Origin: Gracilinanus agilis
Lineage: Eukaryota
Direction: 5' to 3'
Length of the DNA stretch: 59,256 bases
Assembly (NCBI RefSeq): GCF_016433145.1
Contig: NC_058131.1
Span: 595,470,705-595,529,960, forward strand
Shown here: piece by piece, positions 48,101 through 59,256 of the stretch
Numbering within the stretch: position 1 is the stretch's first letter
Layout: each line of letters opens with the position of its first letter
Program-made: the position numbers and the translations under genes
The notes under the pieces: model-generated
The model's database searches: none
What the model was told of the DNA's origin: nothing
Seen by the model: only the letters and a program-made list of their open reading frames with translations

Positions 48101-50351
48101 GAATTCATCAGCAAATTCATTAATCTCCTTCCTCTTATATTTTGAAGCTGCCTAAAGTGCCAACACATGCATAATTTAAGAGGCAGTTTTTAAAAAAACC
48201 ATTAGATGAGTTTGATTAGGCCTCATAATTAATAATAATAATATTTATATAGTTCTTTAAAATGTACAAAGCACTCTATAAATTTTATTTCATTTTATCC
48301 CCACCTGGGAGATTGATCCTACTATTAATATCCCTATTCTACAGATAAGGTAAAGCAAGGCAGATGGAAGTTAATTGACTTGCCTAGAGTCACAAGGCTA
48401 GTAATTATTTTGGTTATATTTGAATTCAGTTCTTCCCAATTTCAAGTACAGTACTCTATCTATTGTATAACTTAGCTATAAATTACAGAGGCGCAATGGA
48501 ATCTAATAGTTACAGTCAAATTCTTCTTTTAAAGTGACAAATAGGCACTGCTAATCTAATGGAGAGATCTTTGAGATTTAAAGTTCTTCATATATAATTT
48601 TCCATAAATCATCAATTGTGACTGCCTTGACTCTTGATGTGACATTGCAAATACTGACTGAGCTAGAATAACAGTTTTACTGTCACTGTTCTAAGCATTA
48701 AAGGATTTTCTTTTGGAAAATCCAATAGTACTATTCCAGTAGCTTCCCATTCAATTAGTGCAACAGATTATGGAAGGCTAAGAGCAGTGGACTAAATCCT
48801 GGTAGTTTGGTGCCCATGTTTTCTGTCTGAATTTGTTGAATTGAATTTACTTGTTGGTTCTCTTTCCAGTTAAATCTCAAAAAAAAAAAAAACTATTCCA
48901 GTTACTTTGTATATATGCTAAATATGTTTCTTTATATACATACTGTTTCCTCCAATAGAATGTAAGTTCTTTGAGGGCAGTGACTTTTATTTTTGTCTTT
49001 GTATCTCCAACACCTAGCACAATACTTGTCACATGGGAGTCACTTAATGTTTATTGATTAATTAATTGAACTCTAAATTTTAGTTTAGAAGGGGAAAGGA
49101 AGGAGTGGTCCAGATCTATGATTTTTATCCAAAAAGGAAACTTATCATGTGGAAATTCCTTTTAACAATGTAGATTGGCAACTTTCTTTAGCACATGGTC
49201 AATACATAAATAAATTAAGATTTATTAAGTGTCTACTATGTGCCAGACCTGCTTAAGCTAGTAGGTGCCAGGGCAAGAATTGAACTAAGTGGGACAGAAA
49301 TGATAATAGAGACTTTGTTTGCAGGACTTTTAATCAGACATTTATTTCCCAAACCGTTTTCATCAATCATCAATCAATCATCAAACAAATATTTATTGAA
49401 CTAACGTTTTTTACCTTATTCAAGAAGATCTGTAGGATATAAAGATGAATACAAACTTACCTTAACCTTCAAGAACTTTTAATTTAGTATAGCTAAAATA
49501 AGGCAGTATGATAAATGCCTTAAGAATGACACTAAGCTCTTTGAAGGCTCAGAGAGATCATTTCTAGCCTGAGAGGGATCAGGCAACCCTCCACAAAGAG
49601 CTGAAATTTTAGCTGAATCTCAAAAATCCATACAATTTTAAGACAGTGATAGAAGTAAAGAAATGGTTCCTCTTTCCTTATTAGAATGGTTTAGCCTAGC
49701 AAAATCTTTTAGTATTTAAATATTAGCTTAATCTATTCTAATATTATCCTATCTATCCCTTCTCTTCCCCTAAAATAATTACCTAATACACTAAGACTAT
49801 ATCGCCCCCCAAAAAGAAGAAACCTCTGTCTGTTAAAAGAGTTGTTTGGTTTCCATGAAAAAACTTAATGAGGGCCATTTCTAACACCTTAAATTAAGTT
49901 TTCATTTCTATCTTTGTTCCTATCCTGCTTTTCAAATCTTGGGAAATTATTGTACTATAAGTTTCTCCTTGGTTCCTTGGACTTTGGAATTAAGCAATTT
50001 AGGTTTTAAAGGAACTTTCTGAATCTAGCAATGGAGTCTTCCTTTAAAAGGGGAGAATTTTTTTAATGCTTTTATTATGCAAGAATGTTTCATCTATATC
50101 CAAGCCAATGTGATCATATCTCATGACAAATTGAAATATTTAATAAGACTGAAGTGCTAAAAGATTTTGTAAGGAAGCCAAGAAATGTTTGATTCTTAGA
50201 ATTCGTTTGGAAGAATACAAGACAGTCTTTCCTATTGAAGACCACCAGGTGTCAGTGTGACCTAAGGAAAGATAGCTATTTCCCTATTGGGGTCGATTTA
50301 ACTGGTTTATTGCTCCTGTCCATTCTTCCATCAGACCGTTGGAAGGGTTTT

Positions 50352-50552
50352 GGTTTTTTTGTTACTTTTTTTTTTTTTTAACCCTTAACTTCGGTGTATT
50401 GGCTCCTAGGTGGAAGAGTGATAAGGGTGGGCAATGGGGGTCAAGTGACTTGCCCAGGGTCACACAGCTGGGAAGTGTCTGAGGCCAGATTTGAACCTAG
50501 GACCTCCCTCTAGGGCTGGCTCTCAATCCACTGAGCTACCCAGCTGCCCCCT
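50352..50552 (-). mobile_element. SINE1_Mdo-like SINE
   Basis: Full element with 13-bp TSD TTGGAAGGGTTTT (50339-50351 and 50553-50565). Confidence 0.92.
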
Positions 50553-53131
50553 TTGGAAGGGTTTTTTAAAGACATTTCTTTAAAAAAAAAGAGGCCTCTG
50601 AATAGGAAAAGTAAAAGAAAAAAAACTGGAAATGGATGAGTCAATTAACAAAACTCATTTTTCACATAAAACTTAGTTTTAGAATCCTCCAATTTACATG
50701 GTGTGGTGAGATCACAGAGGAATTTCATCATTCCCTCCAATGGGTCTAACGTCAAGGTTAATATTTTGTAGCCAAAACCACCCAGAAACAAAGTGATCTC
50801 TGAAAGAAAGATGTATATCACGCTTGATCCTTGAAATAATATTGTCCTTGGGATCAATGCCGTCAGACCAGATTATGAAGGAAATTACCTAAGCAAAATT
50901 TATAGCTTTTCCATTACTTTAATACCATTGAAACTGGTCCAATTCACTCAAATGAATTTCTGCTCCAAAACAAATAGTATCATAGAAAAGATGCACTTAT
51001 GATGCCTGTTGGTTCATTCCGTTTTGGAGGATCATAGAAAATTAGAATTATAAAAGACCTTAGGGATTATCTGGTCCACCTCTGTCTTTTTACAGTTGAG
51101 AAAACTGAAGCCATAAAAAAATTAATTACTCAAAAATCACATGGCTACTAATGGCAGACACAAACTTAGAACATGAGTCTTTCACGTCAAAATTCTTTAT
51201 TCTTTTCATTACACTATAATGCACAAAAGTGTTGGAATATTTCTATTTCAGTGATGCTTCATTTACCTAGCATATCATGGAATGTTGTTTAACATATAAA
51301 GTGAATTTTCCAGTTGACCAAAATTTACTTTAACCATGTTCAAAACAAATCTGTCTAAAAGGTGGCTTTTTAAAAAAAAGGAAAATGAGATGAACAAAAA
51401 GTAAATTTCCTTGTTGACTCAATATGATGTGAATATAGATTATCATACTATCCTATAATTCTATAATATATATAATATAATATAAATGTAAACTTTTATA
51501 TGTAACATACATATAATATAGATCAAATGAAATACAATAATGCAATTCTGTCATATAATAACCTTAAGGGCTACTGAATTAGGTTGAGATCCTATATCAA
51601 GTGGCTTCCAAGTGCTATTTAAGTATTCATATCTGCTTCACATAGTTTTTCTATCTCATTTCCTGTCAGGTTGGAAGTTGTCGTGCTGTGCACCTACTTC
51701 TAAAATCAAACATAACTTACCTCCATTCCCAAATTCCAAATTTTCCTCTTATAATCAGTTTAGAGTTAATATGCCAAATATTAACTATTAGAATTGCATG
51801 TTAACAATAAAAAGATTCTAAGTGCTCCTATGAAACAAATGAATATGTATTTATTTTTCACATTTTCTTAATATCCAGCATTTGGTAGAGAACTTGGCAC
51901 ATATCTGGTGATTAATAAATGCCTGTTAATGTGACTATTTTAATTGTCTGAGGAGATTTTTTACTTGCCTTCAGGTTCCCAACCAGGATATAGGTAGTTG
52001 AGATTGCTGAATAAGTCACTAAATAAGTGAAATATTATTACCTTACCATTAAAGGAATTCTATCATTAGTCCCACATCATCACCATATCTAATCTTTTAT
52101 ATTTATTCTTATTTTAAATTGAAAGAAAAATATCAAGAATTGGCTAAACTTTTAAAGTTTCAAATCTCTCAAAAGGAATGCAGTCCTCTAAAATGTCTCC
52201 TCCTTCCAAGAATGGTCTTCCATTCAGTTCTAAGTAAATAATTCTGCCATATTTTCCACAAAAGATATCTGGAGTTGGCCAAAATTTCATTTGGTATTGT
52301 TGAATATTATTGATTTTTCTAGTTTCAGGCCAGGAATGTAATTTAAAATAGCCAGAAACTAAAAAATAAATAATATTCAATAATATCTTGCCTTATGCCA
52401 TCAGTCAATCTGAACTGAGAATTTGATGGATTCCTTTTAGATTTATCTAGTAGCAGAAAAAAACAATTCTCTCATAGAACATTAATTGCATTGAACCATT
52501 TACCTAATTGAATAAATTTATATTGGAGAAACAGCATGATATAATAGAATATAATGAGAAGAGAGTAAGGATCAGAGTCAGGAAGACCTAGCTTCAATAA
52601 GCCTGAACAAATAACTCGGCTCCAATGGATCCCCAGGCAACTGTTTAAGAATTTACCTAGCAGAGCAGGTACTAATCTGCTTCCATGGGAGGCATGTTAT
52701 CACTGTGAGTTCCCTATGCCAGTGAAATCCAAGGCCAGTTTTTCTTTTAAATAGATTTATATATACTATATTATCAGCAGATCTCACAAAGATTCGCGGT
52801 ACAGAAGTGAGTAATGAAAGCCACTTACATTCATGGCTGAAAACCCAGAAGATCCCAGGACTGGGGTTCATATATTATAAAAATATGACAGGAAAAATCC
52901 CAGAGCATATACTGTTATTTCCACTATAAGCAAAGGTATAGAAATCCCATAATTCAGTCTGAAGAAAGGCATAAAGCAGTCTATCAGAGTCAATATGCAG
53001 TCTCTGATGTTCTACCATATCCTACAGCTCTCCCCCTCCTCGGTTTCCCATCCTTCTCTCCAAGAGTCTACACAGGACTGTTTTCTACCCTCCCACTCTG
53101 ACATGAGAGAAGCGAAAGCCCTTTCACTTAC

Positions 53132-53296
53132 TTATCATTGAAGAACCTCCCATGTTCGTGCACCTGGTTTTCCAGAGTAAAGTTGAATGTGACATGTTCC
53201 AGATGCTCGTGTTTGAAGACCTTCTCTTTGGACTTATAAGCTTCATCTTGAATGTGGCGAATCATGTCGGGGAACCAAACAATTAAGCCATAGTAA
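53132..53296 (-). CDS. SV2B: SV2B coding exon (165 nt)
   Basis: tttttgctgcAG|T TAC TAT ... AAT GAT AA|GTaagt; encodes (S)YYGLIVWFPDMIRHIQDEAYKSKEKVFKHEHLEHVTFNFTLENQVHEHGRFFND(K). Confidence 0.96.
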
Positions 53297-53333
53297 CTGC
53301 AGCAAAAAGGCAAGCAGGTCAGCATCAGGACCG

Positions 53334-53524
53334 NNNNNNNNNNNNNNNNNNNNNNNNNNNNNNNNNNNNNNNNNNNNNNNNNNNNNNNNNNNNNNNNNNN
53401 NNNNNNNNNNNNNNNNNNNNNNNNNNNNNNNNNNNNNNNNNNNNNNNNNNNNNNNNNNNNNNNNNNNNNNNNNNNNNNNNNNNNNNNNNNNNNNNNNNNN
53501 NNNNNNNNNNNNNNNNNNNNNNNN
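53334..53524. other. Assembly gap (191 N)
   Basis: Run of n, 37 nt upstream of the exon acceptor. Confidence 1.
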
Positions 53525-54234
53525 GCGTCCTTTGGAACCAGACCTAGTTAACCTATAGAGCCTATTTAGCGAGGTCTGCCTCCCAAAGGGATATATGAGA
53601 GTATGACTCTGCTTAACTAAGTTTAACTTTTATGACACTGAATAAAACAAGGGATTATGATTTTTGTTTCTTTCTTATTGTAAGTTTAAGCATTCTAGCT
53701 TATAGCCACTTAACCTTACTCAAATTGATTCGGCAAAAACAGAAGAAATTATAATGATGCAGTTTGAGGATGTAGGAATGATATGTCAATTTCAGTGGTG
53801 AAATTTGCCTCTTCTTATTTAGTGACAACGAGTGGAAAATGTTCCTACTATTCCTCTAACCAATTTGATCTAGCAGTACTAATGCCAAGGTCACATTTCT
53901 GTCTACATGTGGAGCAAAAGACTTGACAAGAGGACCCAACAAATAAGAGGAAATGGCAAATGCCCTTTTCCCCCCTCTTTCTGCTTATGCTATAATGCAG
54001 AATGCTGCTAGCACATTAAACAGATCAATCTTCCTAAAGTTTTTACAAAAGCAACTCCATGGAAGACTCCTTTCTTGAAGAAACCAGGGTCACTTTGAAC
54101 TCCTATTTTTTAATTAAAATATACAAGTTTAGAAAACTATAGCATGCTGCCTAAAGTACTAGTATGTTATAAATGCATATATGTTGCTGTTAAAAAAATT
54201 ATTAATACATTGGATAGTGCAAGGATGAGCTTAC

Positions 54235-54323
54235 CTCAGAGCTATAGAAAACCAAACCACAGCCAGAATCAGTGTATTCATTCTGTATGGACCCATCACA
54301 CAGTATAAGGCATTGTCCCAGAC
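54235..54323 (-). CDS. SV2B: SV2B coding exon (89 nt); not in the ORF track
   Basis: ggtttgtAG|GTC TGG ... CTG AG|GTaagc; encodes VWDNALYCVMGPYRMNTLILAVVWFSIAL(S). Confidence 0.96.
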
Positions 54324-55082
54324 CTACAAACCAATATCAAAGAATGGTTACTAACAAGATGATCTCACTGACTTTAAAGGCTGATTTCTGACCTTTTCCT
54401 GCCAAAGAGTACAGAGGATCTTTTGAAAATCATAGGGAGAGCCCCAAAGGTAAAATAATTCATTTTGAACCCTCAGGTAGTATATATTTCCTGCCCGTGG
54501 ATATCCCTGATTCATAATATTCCTCTATCTTCAGTCCAGTGAAAATAAGGAGAGCCCAAAAATGCAATGTAACGCAAACAAAGCCAGACTTTGAAAAGAC
54601 ACAAATAAAGAAGGTACCCAGGGACCTCAAGTACTCAAGGTTCAGCTTCCTCCACATTGATAGCAGTTTCACCCAAAACTAGCTTTTATGTTCATAAGGA
54701 TCTCTTCTAGGTCACTTACCTGCTTTCACTTACATGCTTCCTTTCTGAAAACAGACACTTGTGGGAGCTAGGGTTGCATCTGAGCCATATAATTCTATTG
54801 GGTGACATATCACGGAGATGGAAACTTAGAGATCATTAAGTCCAAACTACTCATTTAACAGATGGAGAAACTGAGGTACAGTTAAATGATTTGCCCATAA
54901 CTAGTTATTATCAGCCAAATCTCCTGATACCAACACACTCAGGCATTGCTTTGTTTGGTCCAGAAAAAAATAAGGGGCCTTTTGGATTTGAACTAGTTCC
55001 TTTGTTCATTCTCTTCCCAAAAAGTGTAAATCCCTTCAAAGGCATTCTCCCATAAAAGAATCATGATCATTTATATTCATAC

Positions 55083-55193
55083 CTGTTTAAAAGTAGTGGT
55101 CAATCTGACCAGCCAGCGTTGGTACCAAGTTCCTGTTGAGCTTTGTATTTCAATGAACTCATCCATTTGCTTGGGGGTTTTGATGTGAGAAAC
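55083..55193 (-). CDS. SV2B: SV2B coding exon (111 nt); upstream exons lie beyond the window
   Basis: cccactttcAG|GTT TCT ... AAA CAG|GTatga; encodes VSHIKTPKQMDEFIEIQSSTGTWYQRWLVRLTTTFKQ. Confidence 0.96.
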
Positions 55194-56327
55194 CTGAAAG
55201 TGGGGGGAAAAAGATCTGAGCTGAAGAGTATAAACTCAAAACAATGTTTTCCCCAATTTTTGTTGCTTGGTCATTTTTTTTAAGTTTGGATTTGAAATTT
55301 TCCCTACATATCTTGTAAGAAGAGATCATTTCAGTTAAATTACATCTCCTCCTAACTTATGGATTACGTTACTTTCCTCTATGAACACTTTTCATCTTAA
55401 CTACAGCAGATCAATGGAAAAGTCAGATCAAAGAGCTAAAGGTGGAAGGAATGTGTTCATTATTTAGTCCAACCATTTCATGATTCAGATGTGGAAACCA
55501 AGGCCCTGAGAGATGAAATGCATTCCCTATAGACCCACAGATAGTAAATTTCAGACAGGCAATAATGGGCTGGGGTTCTCTTATTTTGAATCCATAGATC
55601 TTTTCACTAAACATGGCTGCTCTGTGGGTAGAATAGGATGAGACTAAAAGTTTAGATTGTTCTTTGTTTTATGACCTATTCAGATAGATGAATAGTCAGA
55701 ATAATACTTTTCATAGTCATAATATCACACTTGATCTTTATAACAATACTGAGAAATAGGTGTCTTCCACCCCCTTTTGCAGATGAAAAAACTGAGAACC
55801 AAGACCACACAACTGGCCAACGGCAAAACTAAGATTAGAACCCCGATCTCCTGATACACCATTCAGTGCTTATTATTCTATGCCACACTGAAACATGTGA
55901 ATAGAGTAAAGTGATTCTCCCTGATGAGGTAAGAGGCATTCATGATGCAAATATATCTTTACAGACAACCCAGCATATAGAATTAAATTATAGAAAATTG
56001 TCATCTTTGCATGGGGTAGTATTATATGATCAACACAAAGCAGAAAGAACAAACCTCAATGAACACAAGGCACAGAATATGTACCTGTTTCCATGAAAAG
56101 GAAAGAAGGAAGGAAGGAAGGAAGGAAAACTTATGCCAAGGGTTCCCAGCAAAAGTGTAGGTGAGCAAGAGAGGTATCATACCATTTAGTAGATTTCTTC
56201 TTTAATTAATACTAGTAACTAAAACATAATATGTTCAATTTTTCTCTCTTTTAAAGTAGTATGAGGGAAGTCAGCTTTCTCTACATTTTAGCAGCACCCC
56301 CTACCCCACTCAAGGAAGGCCCTGAAT

Positions 56328-56331
<4 letters not shown>

Positions 56332-56385
<54 letters not shown>
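56332..56385. repeat. (AC)27 microsatellite
   Basis: Perfect dinucleotide run. Confidence 0.97.
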
Positions 56386-56386
<1 letters not shown>

Positions 56387-57694
56387 ACAGCTTCTACTAT
56401 CAGGTATCGAGGAATTCTTGATTTGACCTTTCTAGACTGATTGAAATCATATCTCAGTAATCCCAGAAGGATACTTTTTTACCAACAAACATTGATTTAG
56501 CTCTAATTTATATCCTACTTTTATATCCTCTTTTATCTTTAGAAAGAATATTAACCCACACCAGAGAGATCTCAGCACTAGCATGTTGACAGCATAAAGT
56601 ACAATTACTCTAATTTACAATTAACTCAAGAACACCACTCAGATTCACACTCTAAATTATAAGGTGACCTATTTGATCCTCAGTGTTTGGATTCACAGGA
56701 GAATAACAAGTCATCTAATTTTCCCACACAGATGGGATTTAGGAAATTCATTCAGCAGTATTTAGAACACCTGGCACAATTCAGCTAAAATCTATAATAG
56801 GAGAGAAGAACCTAGGTTCTACTTCTGGGAAATTTTAAATTGACCAGAACTATGGTTAAGAATTCTAGCAACCTATACAAATTTAGATGCACACAATAGG
56901 TGAGAGGCACATAGGACAATCTTTCCATGATGGGTGCTAGCATTCTAGGAAAGAAGGCAACCATGCCAGCCCTCATGGCATAGTTAACACCCAACCTACA
57001 ACCAACCAACCTTTTTAAGGTAGTAAGAGAGATCTGAGAGATAGATTCTAGGAAAGAAGCATGACCCTCAAGGATGTTACTACAGAGCATAGGGCCCACA
57101 GAGGACCACAATGCACGGAGTGGTGAGACAGAGAACCTATAGAGAAGGCGCATACAACCTCTGATATTGAAGCCTGAGACAAAGTTTCAATCAATTCATT
57201 CTAGTTACCCAACTAATAGCTGCTAGAATTTTAACCTGCCCTATAATTCTTTTTCTAACAAATTATGTAAATTCATTTAAAGGGAGTTCAGAGGAGAAAA
57301 TAGGTTATATGATTATATTCAGAAACCCAATATTCTTTTACATGAAGTGACTAGAAAGTGAAAAAATCAAAAGAATAACAAATAGTTGCTGCAACAATGT
57401 GTGTAGACACAAGTGAAGGCAGAACTTATGTTCAAGGACTTTTGCATTTGACCCTGGGCAAGGCTCTGTCCTCAACCATAAAATGAGAATAATAATAAAA
57501 AGCATAGATATTATTTGTAAAGCATTTTGCAAATCTTAAAGTGCTATATAAACATTAGAATTTTATTTGTAAAAATGATGGCTTCAAGTCAACTTGTTAA
57601 AAGATTTCAGGCTTCACTCATTGCTGTTTTGCCTTTCATCTGCCTAAACCCTCTCAAGATATGTATCCATAAATCATTGAAATAAATAATGCTA

Positions 57695-59215
57695 GAGTGG
57701 CAGAGCCAAGATGGTGGATTAAAGGTAACAACTCAGTCAAACTCTCCCATATTCCCTTCCTAACATTTTAAAATATCTCAAATCAAATTTTGAACTGGCA
57801 AAGACAACAAAAAGTAAGAGAATTCATGTGAGGACCAACCTAAGTTCATCCAGTAGTAAGCAGTGCCAGTTTTATTAGGTCTCAGCCCAGAGATGATAAA
57901 AGAGTCAGATCACTGTTCAGAAAGAGATTACAAGGGTCCCTTTTCCCATACTTGGAGCAGCTGATGCTCTATTACCCATAAATAGTACTACATCACAGTT
58001 CCAGGCAGAGAGGAGTACCCAACTTTAACATAAAGTTAAAAGTCAAGAAATACCATGAGAAAATGAGAGAGAGAGAAAAAAGAACTTGACAACAAAAAGC
58101 TACTGTGGTATCAGGGAATACCAAAACACAAACTCAGAAAAAGACAATGTGAAAACACCTATAATCAGAGCCTCAAAGAAAAATTCTAATTGGAAACAAC
58201 CCTCACAAGAATTTCCAGGAAATTTAAAAAAGATAGACATGGTAGAGAATAAGTTAAGAAAAGAAATAAAGGATGAAAGAAAATTATGAAAAGAAAATTA
58301 GCAGGTCAGTAGAAGAAGCACAAAAAATACTGAAGAAAACAACATCATAAAAAAACATAATTGGCCTAATAATGAAAGAGAAACAAAAATTCTCCTAAAA
58401 AAGCAAAATTGAACAGATGGAAAAAGAGATAGAAGAGCTTACTGAATAAAAAGTCCTTAAAAATTAGAATTGGGCAACTGGGAGCTAATAACTACATAAG
58501 ACATTAAGAAACAAACAAAATCAAAAGAATGAAAAAAGAAAAAAAGGTGAACTACCTTATCAGAAAACCAAAAACCTGGAAAATACAATACACTGAAGAG
58601 AGATAATTTAAGAATTATTAGATTACTTAAAAACCATAACAATAATAATTCTAAAAGCCTAATATTATTGCTAGGTCTGTATCCTGAAGAGATTTTTAAA
58701 ATGGGAAAAGATCTGTTTATACAAAAATATTTATAGCTGCTCTTTTTGTGGTTTGCAAATTGCAAATTGAAGAACTGTCCTTCAATTGGGGAATGGCTGA
58801 ACAAATTGTGGTATATAATGGTGATGGAATATTTTTGTGCTAGAAAGAATGATGAACAGGATGATTTCAGAAAGAGCTGGAAAGACCTACATGAACTGAC
58901 TCAGAGTAAAATAATCAGAACCAGAAAAATAATGTTCACAGTAACAGTAATATTGTAGAATAATCAAATGTGATAGACTTAGCTACTATCAGCAATACAA
59001 TGATCCAGGACAATTTTGAGGGACTTATGAAAAAGAATGCTATCCATCTCCAGAAAAAGAACTATTGGAACAGGAATACAGATGAAAGTATAACTTTTCA
59101 CTTGATTATTTGGGTATATGTTTTGGAGTTTGGGATTTATTATTCCCTTACAAAAATGAACAATATAGAAATATGTTTTGCATGATAGTACGTGTATAAC
59201 CCAATGGGTGGAGGG
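57695..59215 (+). mobile_element. Old L1: 5'UTR and ORF1 N-terminal half joined to the ORF2 end and 3'UTR
   Basis: GAGCCAAGATGG L1 start motif at 57703-57714; ORF1-like LKRDNLRII at about 58594-58620; then ORF2-end CPSIGEWLNKLW (about 58775-58810) and 3'UTR. Confidence 0.75.
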
Positions 59216-59256
59216 AAAGCCTAGATGTCATCTTTCAAGAAATTATTAAGGAAAGG

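Noticed and set aside
34382-55193. Assignment to SV2A or SV2C
   Set aside because: Apart from one SV2A-like luminal exon, the diagnostic segments (TPKQMDEFIEIQSSTGTWYQRW, VWDNALYCVMGPYRMNTL, DNDFLIYLVSFLGSLSVLPG, LPETREQVLM) match SV2B as I recall it.
56790-57180. Unclassified GC-richer segment with palindrome AGAACCTAGGTTCT; considered as an RTE fragment or LTR
   Set aside because: No RT motifs in the frames I translated, and no paired termini or TSD found.
1-59256. CRISPR arrays, operons, tRNA or rRNA genes
   Set aside because: None seen. The tRNA-like A/B boxes all belong to SINE heads, and the window is intron-containing mammalian DNA.

Overview
This is eukaryotic, AT-rich, CpG-poor, repeat-dense genomic DNA with three N gaps. 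It is most likely from an opossum such as Monodelphis domestica, inferred from SINE1_Mdo-, MAR1- and L1_Mdo-like repeats that I recognise from memory (no database search was run). It contains two main things. (1) The last seven coding exons of SV2B lie on the minus strand (55193 down to 34382). All have canonical AG/GT boundaries and consistent phases, giving 1044 nt, or 347 aa plus stop, probably followed by a long 3'UTR. (2) A decayed class I endogenous retrovirus spans about 745-7438 (LTR, PBS, gag, pro, RT, RNase H). It has lost integrase and env and carries three nested insertions: a hAT MITE and two solo LTRs with clear target-site duplications (TSDs). The rest is L1, L2, CR1, MIR/MAR1/SINE1 SINEs, a Tigger2-like element and microsatellites. 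I see no prokaryote-type system, and most ORF-track entries are spurious. The best leads are an atypical ERV Gag and an inverted SINE pair. The Gag has an N-terminal glycosylation-sequon, hydrophobic and coiled-coil region where matrix is expected, plus a long R/G/Y/N/Q-rich tail after the zinc knuckle. The SINE pair brackets an in-frame SV2B exon. Both leads are inferences that need testing.
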